From: Dipteris shenzhenensis
Lineage: Eukaryota
Strand: one strand, 5' to 3'
Assembly: GCA_047967505.1 (NCBI GenBank)
Contig: CM106538.1
Length of the DNA stretch: 64,000 bases
In this document: positions 40,401 to 51,338 of the stretch, piece after piece
Layout: each line of letters starts with the position of its first letter
Numbering within the stretch: the first letter of the stretch is position 1
The notes under the pieces: generated by a model
Databases searched by the model: none
What the model saw: only the letters and a program-made list of their open reading frames with translations
Told to the model about the DNA's origin: nothing
Position numbers and translations under genes: made by a program

Positions 40401-43260
40401 CAACTAGTCCATCCCAAGGTGCCCCTGCATATTCTTGTCCTCTCTATCATGGATATTCTTGTGGCACTCCTACAGAGCTCCTACATCACTCTTGCACATC
40501 ATGCTGGACTTGATGTGCTAGGTATCTCCTCTCTCTCTTTGTTGCCCACATGGCAACCCCATGCCTATTCCTTCTCTATGGTCCACCCCCCCGATGCACT
40601 CCTTATATGGGGGCTCACAAGTGGAGAGGTGACCATAATACCCCCTGTCTCATCGACTCGATCCCAATCCATCGATGAAGATGCTTCAGTAGCTTCTATG
40701 TCATAGCCCTCTGGAACACTTTGGCATCATCATAGTCTTGTCTTGGCTTTTCAACCAATGGCTCCTACCCCTTTAGGTCCAGTTTTGCTTTCACATACTA
40801 GTCTGGTACATAGGCTCAACATTTGGCAGCACCTGATGGCACCACCACCTTCAGTACAAACCCACCTCTCAACTTGAGCTCTCCTAGTACCAGCACTCCA
40901 ACTTGTCTCCCTCATGATCGGTGAACAACCTAAAGTCCTCCAGGCACCAAGCTCTCAAGATCTATTTGTCTGGCTAGGTCTGCAACCCAAACAACATACC
41001 CAAGACATTATATCCCAAGCACAACTCCATATTACCTAGATCGTCAAGCTCCAACTATGGTTTTGTATTGTTGTCCTCCTCTAAGTTGCAGTCTTTGTTC
41101 GTGGGTCTTCAAGTCCTGTCAAAGAATCCCCCTTTGCTTTAGTAAGACCAACCAAGCACACCTAGATGACTCCAGTCACTCGTCAATGTCCATCACCTTC
41201 ACAAAGAATCCTGACTCCTCTTTTGACCAATCCTTAATGTCTGACATTTAGATAGTAACAATGGGTCCATGTATCTAATGTCTATCCTGACATTGAAGAG
41301 CTTGGTACTTAAGAACATGCATAGTCATGAGACCACTCCACTGTGATAGTCTTATGATGCAGTTTTTTGTTAAATGTCAAAGTAAGCATCACAAGAGACC
41401 ACTCCATTGTACATGGCCTTGTTGAGATTATGATGGTCATTTTTGTTTCTACAATGATGTATTGAATCATGATATTTTTTTTGTTGCTTATGCTAAATGT
41501 TACTTATTACATGAATGTCATTTACTCATGATGTTTGTTTCATTATTTCACATTGTGTACTATTTTATGATATGAATGTGTGATGATGAGATTATTAGGA
41601 AATATTAAATGTGTGATGAGAAAAATATATTTGTAACCTTTCACTTCTAAGTATTGATTCCCAATGCTCCACTCACTAAAAATAGAGCATTCACTTCCAA
41701 GAATTGATTGCCAATGCTCGACTGACTTTATTCTAAACCTTTCACTTCACATTCACCCATCCTGATTGTCTCATCCTTGCTCTATTTATTTTCTCCACTC
41801 CTCACCCTCCACATTTAGGAGAGAGATGAATTTAATTTGCAGAGGCAAGCATAGAGGAAGGAAACTCTGAAGATAGGAGAGAGTGAAACACTTTTACAGA
41901 ATGTAACAAAAGCATATGACAAAAGCACGACAAGATATGGTAGACTTTTCAAGTAATCTTCATTATCGCAGCACTTGATATGGGCAATTTGATGCGGATG
42001 CTGAAGAAGCAATAAGGGCCTCACAAAGAAATTATCAACAGACAATCTCTAACTTTATACTTAAGGGTATATTTCTACACCAAGACGGTGTATATGTACA
42101 CCACCTTTCCCAAGAGCATTGGTGTTTTTAAGAAATGATAGAAAGTAGAATGTTCATGGAAAGTTTTTGACCTTGTATCATCATTTAATTAATCTTTAAA
42201 AATGATAGAAATATATAGTTAATCAAGCTTTAAAATTGCATTAGCAAACTATTCATCACTAGCACAATATTCATAATAGTAAGAATTTTGATAATCTCAT
42301 CAAGTAGTTGGTATTTTCACTAAACTTTGTTTTTAAAGTTAGCTTTGAAAACTTCATTTAGGAGTGCATTCGGGATTTTTGGACTCTTCTTTAGAGCAGT
42401 TTTGAAATTGGACTTTACACAAGTCCAAATTTTTTGAATAGTGTGTTCTCGTGGGGATGTTGGCATTATACGTGCATATGTAGAAAATCCTAATTTAATA
42501 TAACCCATGAATATAGTTTTTGGAGGCAAGTATAACATAACATGTGCCGTAGTTATGCAAACCATTAGAGGAATCTTGTGCTTATGATAACACATCATCA
42601 CTAGCATTTTCATCCCATAGTAAGTCTTCGACGTCCTTAGCACAACCTCTACATAAAAAATTAGGTCCCCTCCATCTAGATTTGAGTATCTATTGTAATC
42701 CTATGGAGGTTGTATTGGCTTATAAGATATGGGAGGAGCATTGGAGATTTCGTTGTTTACCTCATATATTAAGACATCTTTCATCTCTTCTTCAAGATCC
42801 ACCTCTTCAAAGACATATTTCTTCTTGTTAACAGACGGACACATATATATATTTCTCTTTGAGCACAATCTATTTGTGGAGTTGCACACATTATGAATGG
42901 TTTTGAAGTACACACATGTTGATGAAGCTTGATTCCACAATGAAACACTTCCCTGTATAATTCACAGGCCCATATATCAATCTTCTGCCATGAATACCCT
43001 TTGTAGTGATTTCATTTTTCAACATGTTATTAGAGCCTTGTGATGAATGTCCTCAGGAAGTGGAGCTTGAAGGCAAGGACCTTGCTAAAGGATAATCTTG
43101 ATTCATTGCTCAAAGGAACTAGCTTTGATGTCCAAAGGATTGTACCCAGACAGAGGCTCAAGTTCATTAGGCACACGTTTGAAAGATAGCACCTAGTGGC
43201 AGGCTTAAGTTCAGACAACTATATGACACTCTAATCTCTTTACCTCTATTAGTTGATTTC

Positions 43261-44115
43261 ATGGAGAACAGATACTAGATCCCAACTTTTGGTGAGATGA
43301 TGGGACCAACTACCCATTGTGGAAAGTGAAGGTTGGAGCCACTTACTGTTGGGGGAGTCGTGGGGGATTGCATTGGGGATGGAGTTGATACCTCAGGCCA
43401 CCATAGAGCTACTCCAGCCACATCATCATCAATGGTGGTTATAATGCCAATAGACCCTACATTAGTGAGATCATGGCATATCTAGAATGTGAAAGCCTTG
43501 GCTATCATTGTAGGTTCCGACGGCAGATATGGTGATGCCTCATATTCAGATGGTGGCAAACACTTGTTTTGAGGCCTGGATGACAGATATGTAGGAGCTC
43601 GACAATGAGGTGAGAACCATGGACCTTGAGATAGACAGGGCTATATAGCACGAGGATGGATGAAGGGGAAGCAGTACAAAAACACATCACCAAGCTGAAG
43701 GTGGTGTAGTAGTTGGTCAAAGGGCGATCTCAACTAGGAAGGCATGGTTGTTGTTGGGAATGCTCCCTCGAAGCTATAGTAGTTTTGTGACTACGATGCT
43801 TGCAGGGCATAGGGCGAGGCATGGGTGACTTTCGAGGAGCTAGTTCCAGTACTACTATAGCAAGAACCTCGAGAAACAAAGTACAACAATGGTATGAATA
43901 AGGATGACAAGGCCTGATAGCTTAGGATAGGATCAAAGGCAAAGGCAAGGGTGATCCTGGCAATGGCAAGCTCAAATCTAATGATGGAATGGATTGTTTA
44001 GATGAAGACAATAACAAAAAGAGAAAGAAAGAAAGGAATTGCTTATACTATGATGAGCCATGGCATTTTGTAAAACATTGCAAAAAGAAGAAGGCTTATC
44101 TGAAGAAGAAAGGTG
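43261..44115 (+). mobile_element. Degenerate Copia gag fragment
   Basis: DGTNYPLWKVK, MDEGEAVQKHITKLK, LLGMLPRSYSSFVTT, KGKGKG and a decayed zinc knuckle (CLYYDEPWHFVKHC). Confidence 0.75.
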
Positions 44116-44129
44116 CCGCTCAGAGTTAG

Positions 44130-46560
44130 AGGAGTCATCTCAACTGGTGACAGCAAAACTTTTCTTGGTGGCAACTCCGAGTGCTCACCTTGACTACTAG
44201 GGTCATGACTAATAGGCTACTTTGGAGTCTTCACTTCCTTATCAGGATACTCCTGCACCTCCTTACTAGCATTTGATGGAGTTGCAAGATCTTCCACCTC
44301 CTTACTAGTATCTGCTAGGGCTATAGGCTCTTCCACCTCCTTCCTAGGATTTGCCACTGGAGCTGTTGGCTCTTCCTTATCAAGATCCTCATGCACCTCC
44401 TTACTAGGATCCTCTTCCACCTCCTTGCTATTATCCACTAGGGTTGCAGGCTCTTCCACCTCCTTCCTAGGATCCACTATAGCTATCGGCTCTTCCTTAT
44501 GAATATCCTCATGCACCTCCTTACTAGGATCCATTGGAGCTATCGGGCTATTGAAGTTTTGGCTCATCATTACCTTCTATAGGTAAGACTTGTTTGCTTG
44601 AACCACCTTCTAATGAGACTTTGGGTGGCTCAATGGGTTTTAATTTGTCTCTAGTTTCCACTTCTATAGCCTTCCCTTTTCCTTGCACTTCATGGATTAC
44701 GATCTTCCTTCGACCTTCCCATATGGTAAGGTGAACCTCCTTGACTCTTCTTTCTGATTTACGATCCTCTCGCAACTTTAAGCATCTTTCATTTGGTGTG
44801 TTCTCACCTGATGTAGAGCTTTCAACCTCCTCTGAATCATATCTAATCATGAGTCTCATCAGTCTTTGAGTCACTATCTTCTCTATTTTCTTTGACATTT
44901 TCCTTTGCAAAGAAGGTAGTGCAAGTGTAATATGTATTAAAAAATTTCACTTGATGGGGTGTATCAATGACATTTACATTAATACCCATCCATAGCAATG
45001 TTTCTGCAGCGTAACCCATTCGATAAAGTGCTACCATCCATCCAACATTCAATAAGTTTCTTAGCATCTCCTCTATCAAGTTGGGATGCTTCGGCTTTCG
45101 ATAGTCCTGTATTGTTGCATTTAGTTTAGCCAATTCTTCCTCAACGTAAAATAGCTCCAGAAGCTTTATAGGAATTTCAAATAGAGGACCACCACCCCTT
45201 GATAAGAAACAAATCAAGAAAGGATGCAAGACATGAATGGCAGTGCCGCCTGTGAGAGTATAGTTATGGTGTTGAAATATACCATGATATACGTTTGAAA
45301 GGGGGTACCAATGACAGTTGTCAATCTTGCATACAAGGGATCCCTTTGTGCTTCTATCATGAATAGAACCAAAGTTGATCTTTTCTTATCACCCAAAGGA
45401 CCTTCTATGATAAACCATATGAGATCAACTATCCCCGACACTGTAAGGTCCTATAACTCATCAATGAAAAATACACATGGCTTCTCCTAAGCATCTTCTC
45501 TCATTGCCATGAAGCACTCTATATCAAGGCCATTGATGTGTATAGAATTTGTATGCTCCTATGATAACAAGATATCATAGGAGAAGCTAAAAGCAGAATG
45601 AGTTGCTATACTTTTTGAAAGGTGTGCTCCAAGACCTTCTTCTTGATGTTTCCATACTCTATCTCTATGATCTTTGGCATTTTTGCTCTAAGATACTTTG
45701 TTGGTGTGCCGTCAATATCCATTGTACTCAACCACTTTCTACCCCATGTCTTGTCAAGCATTTGACCAGTTTTGAAGCTTTCAAAGGCATTGTGAAAGTC
45801 TTCGGCCTTTTGAAATTTGACAACATGCAATTGAGGATCATCTTCTTGATGTCTCTTAAATGACATGGGATGTAGAGTGATATCACCAAAAAATGGCAAT
45901 TTACTGGCCCTCGTATCTTCATACAATTTGCATGCAAATTCCTCATCAAGATTTTGTTGATTGGTGAACAAGGAAGCACAATCAATCATTGGCATGATCA
46001 TGATGTATTGAGACAATCCCCAAATATATCCCTCGTCTTCGGGAGGATGTAAGCTTTTCATGCCCTCAGAAAGCTCAGCTTAGTAAAGAATCATCTAATT
46101 CATCTACATCCTCTTCATCATTATCCAACTTCTCGCCTACTTGTAGATAAGCTACACTCAAATGATCTACACGTGGCACTGGAGTTATTTTGGCTTTTTT
46201 TCTTTGAATAGCAGTGGCAGTCGAATCAATCTCAAGATGAATCCTTGGAGTTCCTATTGTTGCAGTCGAAGATAATACAACCTTATAGTGAGATGCTATT
46301 GGTGGCACACTTGTTACAACTTTAGATGTTGCGAGGGGTTCTCCTTCAGCACGAGATACTATTGGTGGCACAATTGCTGTAGGTAAAACAATGTTTATGA
46401 ATGCATCCCATATGTTTTTCAAAGATCCCAAGGCTAGAAGTATTTCTTAAGATCCTTGAACTAAGTGTGAGTCTGGTATAGCCTTTATGAAGTTCTTCTT
46501 GTCTCGCTAACTCATAGAGTATGGAGTAGCAATTCATTATTCTTGCCTGTACACATAACT
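44130..46560 (-). pseudogene. Fragmented long ORF of unknown function with C-terminal acidic DPxKEVxE repeats
   Basis: Seven consecutive minus-strand ORF pieces (46346-46537 down to 44217-44570) with protein-like composition; no family recognised. Confidence 0.5.
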
Positions 46561-47562
46561 TTGATCAAACCATTTTCTTCTTGAATATCTATCCTTGTGA
46601 ACATGCCAGCAATCCTTATTGCCTCTATGCTAGATTTTGGGCTTGAAACATGTTGCTCAGTGAGACTAACAAAAAACATGATGCATTTTTTCCTATCATG
46701 AAGTACCAGCCATGATCGATGTATCTGTTAATGACCTTGACCTTTGGGAGCCACAGACTGTGCCGTGATTTCCTTGTTAATGACCTTGGGAGCCACAGAC
46801 TTTTCCATGATTTCTTGCAAATTTATATCTGTTTACATTAGAACTTATTTCATGGGAGATGTAAAAAAGCAAGTGTCTAACTATCTAAAAAACATGTGTC
46901 TAACTACTTAAGTCTTTTGGAGTTGAAAATCCCTCCTTAGTACTACTAACCAAAGCATAACAGCTACCCTAACAATAACTCTACGTCGATAGCATCCGTA
47001 GCATCAAGAATTTAAAAATTCCACAAAAAGTTTCAAGTAAACATATACATTCGCAATTCCAGTTCTTGTTCTTGACTTTTATATTTTTCCCCACTTTAAT
47101 GTTTTCCCCACTTTGAATTTTTTCCCACTTTGAATTTTCTCCTCTTTAATATTTCCCTTTCTTTAAATTTCAAGGAAGGTTAATAACAGAGAGAGAGGGG
47201 AGATGTATATTTCTCTTTTTCTTCACTTTAAAAAATTTGTTTAATATTTGCTTTAACTAGAAAAATAAACTTGCTTTAATTTACAAAGAGATTAAAAGAA
47301 AATAAACATAAATTGTACCTCCTTTTTCTTTAATTATAAAATTTCTCACGTTAAATGTTTCGTGTCTTTTCTTTATTTTCATATTTGGTAACTTTATTCT
47401 ATTTTTACTTTTTAAATTTTATCATAATAAAAAAATTCAAATAATACAAACAATTAACTTAACTGAATTTATTTATTTTTTAAATAAAGGAAGAGAGTCT
47501 TTAACTTATTTATTTTTAAAGTAAAAAAATAGAGGGAGGGATAAATTTTTAGCATAACTTAG

Positions 47563-47940
47563 TAGGTTGGGAGGGGGGGTTTTTAATTAGGTTAATTTCT
47601 CTCCCCCCCCTAATGTGATGTGCGTGCAACATGAGGGAGGGGGGTTTAATTAGGTTAACCTCCCAACTTGCTGCACACGTAACAGGTTAGGAGGAAAGGG
47701 GGGTTTTTATTAGGTTAACCTCTCCCTCCCCCTCGACTTGCTACATGCACAGCACGTTGGGAGGGAGGGGTTTTTTAAATTACATTAACACCTTTCGCCC
47801 CTCCCAACCTGTTGCGCATGCAACAGGTTGGGAGGGGGGAGGGTTATTACGTTAAATCCTCCCCTCTCCCCCCAACCTGCTGCACGCGTAGCAGGTTGGG
47901 AGGGGTGGTTTTTAATTAAATTAACCTCCCCCCTCCCAAG
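47563..47940. repeat. Array of ~6 degenerate ~65-bp hairpin-forming units
   Basis: Recurrent CTCCCAACCTG..CAGGTTGGGAG arms separated by TTAGGTTAA-like spacers; perfect 18-bp stem at 47798-47837. Confidence 0.85.
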
Positions 47941-48269
47941 CTGCTATTTGCCATCATATTCCACTCCTGCCTCCCCCTGCCACCCAAAATAATGGTTTTT
48001 TTTTTGGGAATTTAGGGGGCCCTACGTTAGTACAAATGAATCACACTTAATAAAAACTACTACATTTAGTCAAAAACTATTACAACATAGTTTCAAAACT
48101 TTTACATTTATTCAAGTGCTATTACAACACACTTCAAAAACTATATCATATTTTCAAAACATTACAACACACATAAAAAACTACTAATTTTATTAAGTAT
48201 ACTCTTTTTGCTAGTACAAATGACATCACACTTCAAAAACTATTACATTTATTCAATACCAGTATGAAT

Positions 48270-49159
48270 GGACATTACAAGGAGGCTTCCATTTCTCAAG
48301 CATTGATGTTCCTTCGAGTCGCCTTCTCACTATCTTCCCTTTTAGTGTAAAGAAAAAATCACTATCATCAAAGGTGACAACGATACGTGCTTCAAGCTCC
48401 AACTACATGTGACCTCAAGATATTGGATATCCCCATTGGGCATACGTACCTCTACCTCTGTGGTGTCCCTACTACATCACAATCCATAGGTATCCATGTG
48501 CCATGATTATTTTTCCAACTTCTGTAAGCATATCTCATGTAGCAAATACTCCACCCTATTTGATATCTTATTACTAATTAGTAAGTATACATCAAAAATG
48601 GTCTCTCTTCTGCAAACCCTCTCTAACATCCCACATTGGGTATAGAAGATTATCAAGAAATTCATTTTCTAGGCCTTTGCATACCCATGTGGTCTTTGTC
48701 TTGTGAATGAAGACTGATTTGAAAAAATAAATAAATGTAATGGAGGGCATGAACCAACTAACACCCACAGATTTTGAACCGAAAGTAAACTTCATTGATG
48801 ATTGAATATCTGATTTCTAAATGCATCTATAGAGAATGGATCAGGAAGAGGCCATTCTGGAATATCAAAGTTAGGGAGAGGAATAGGACGTAGGCTTCCA
48901 TATGCACCTTCTCTTCAAGGAACTTGATAACATGAATTATAGAAAAAAATACTAGACTTTGTGAAGGAGGTAACACTTCGACCTGAGAACATTAATTCCC
49001 CAATATTTGAATGGAAAGCTTGAAATATTCTCGTGAGACTATCTAGAGGCTGGGTTTCAACTTTGGTAGAGGGAAAGATATCTACATAGAAAGCAAAGAA
49101 AGATGTTAATGGGCTAATCAATCTGTCTCTCTCACTCTCTACCTATCTTTGTCTCTCAC

Positions 49160-49213
<54 letters not shown>

Positions 49214-50013
49214 AATCTCTCCCCTCTACTATCTCCCCCTAGCCCCCCTCAACCCCCCCATCTCTCTCTCTCTCTCCCTCCCCCCCTCCCCCTCTACTAT
49301 CACCATGACACCCTCTCTCAAAACGCATGCTCACATACAATCATTAGAATACACAAGTGAATTGAAAATGAAAAAAAGTCAATGTAAAAGAGAAATACAA
49401 TTTGAAGGAAAGCAAGTTTGGCTGGCAGGATCCAAGTTCATGTCTCGAGCTATGTACACATGCTGAACCTTCATCTTAAGTCCTTTTTTTGTATTACAAA
49501 GCCCAACAATGCGACCCTTCCAATGCTTCTCTTTCTTTGGTCTATCCTTTCTAGAAACCTTCAATGGACCTATTGCAGATGGTTGCATTGTGACCCTTGA
49601 TATTAACCTAAACTCTTGAGGGATCCAAATATCACTGTTGTCCTTTAAAATGCAACCCACACAAGATTGAATTGATAGCTTTGGCCTAGGGGAAGGGGAG
49701 TCCTTCATGATTGTAGAAAGAATGGGAGCAAGCAAAGATAAAGAGGTTGGGAGGAGGAAGAGTTTGAGAGGAGGCTGAGAGGAGGTTGAGAGAAGGAAGA
49801 GGTTGGGAGGAGGCTGAGAGGAGGTTGAGAGGAGGAAGAGGTTGGGAGCAGGTTGAGAGAAGGTAGAGAGGAGGAAGAGGCTGAGAGAAAGGTGGGGGTC
49901 AATGGGGATAGTTTGGGGAGACTCCTGGGAGGAGTTTGGGGTGCTAGGGACAATTTTGGAAATTTTTGCTTTTTTGGAGGGAAAAAAAAGTCACGGATTT
50001 GGGGGCCTACCAA
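48270..50013 (-). pseudogene. Spliced pseudogene with a putative BAH-like domain
   Basis: GT-AG intron 49082-49398 joins ...HWKGRIVGLC..KVQHVYIARD..CFPSN to YIFPSTKVETQPLDSL...IFFYNSCY in frame; Ser/Pro/Leu-rich N-terminus; one frameshift (~49740) and stops downstream. Confidence 0.45.
49162..49210. repeat. (CT)n microsatellite inside the putative intron
   Basis: Directly visible. Confidence 0.93.
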
Positions 50014-51338
50014 GAGAGCCTAGGAGGGTATGGGGACCATCCAAAAGTGAAAGGGGGGAGTAAATGCCTTAAGAGGTGGTGGGGGCAAGAGAGAGGCAAG
50101 TGGAAGCCTAGTGGGGACCAAGGAGTACTCTCCACCAATGAGAGGCCAATATGAAATCCTCCACTCTTTTAATGCCCAAGCCTTCCCATTGGCTGGTTTG
50201 CTAATCACAAATCTTAAGGGACTAATCCAAGAGGCCCTTTTTGAGTCCAAAATTCCCTCTAGCAATGTGTGTGTGTGTGTCTTATGGATATGCTACTCTG
50301 TGTAGGCATTAATGAGAGTAATATCCTTGTGCTTGCAAATTTTTATGTGGATAAAATATCATTTTCATGCTTAGGCATGCATATTTCCTCTATTCTTACT
50401 ATGCATTATGCAATAATTTCTCAACCACCGCACAAATTCTTGGAGCTAGTTTAGTTGCAAGCTAAGGAAAATGCAGGCATTGCAATTTAGTATAGTTTTC
50501 TTGCAACCACCGCACTGGTTATTGGAGTTATCATAGTTCTAAACCACCGTACTGGTTATTGGAGCCATTTTCACTACAGTAACAATAGTTTTTTCAAAAA
50601 TTGCTTGTGCAACGATCCCTATGGTTGCAGTAAAATATAAACGAGGGAAGAAATATGACATTTGTTCTTCTTTAGAGCCACTTTCACTACCGAAGTAATA
50701 GCAACAATAGTTTTGGCGATAATGGTATGGTGTGCCAACTCTCCCTCCACACAAATGTGTGGTTATGTGCTATAACTGAGTCAAATTTTGGAGTTTACTA
50801 CATCATTATTGAGTGTAGGTCACCACTGACAACATTGGTGGAATTTGAGTGGAATTTTAAGTTTATTAGGCATCGATATTCATGTGGAGGTTACCCATGT
50901 AGTGCTGCAAATGTACCCATGATGTCTAAGTGAGTGGAGGTCATCACTTTAAACTTCACTGAATTTTTGGCTTTGTTAGGCCATATTTGTGTGGACTTGA
51001 CCCATGTAATGCCCCAATTTTAAAGTTTACCAAGTGATATTGAGTGGAGGTGACCATTTCAAAAAAAATCCACACAAAGCAAGAAAGTCCAAATCAAAAT
51101 AGAAAGAAAAAAAAACAAGAACTACAATTGACCTTTAAGTAAAGGGTAGACTCCAAATCCATATATGCTATTCGAAGACCATAAGCTCTTCTCTCATAAT
51201 ACTTAAGATTGCTGAAAACATTCCCTTGAACATCTTGAAAGAATTTCAGAGCATTTTCATTGCCAAATTTGTCAAATAGAGCTTAGTTATGCATGGTGGA
51301 TGAGAAAGGGTAGAAACTTAGCTTTAAGAAGAAGGTTA

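Noticed and set aside
39870-41300. LTR/Gypsy-like block ending GGGCTCACA at ~40619
   Set aside because: No PBS, TSD or recognisable gag/pol motif; too degenerate to call.
49975-50013. PIP-box-like QIRDFF in the BAH-like ORF
   Set aside because: Spacing does not match QxxIxxFF, and the Phe run comes from a homopolymer.
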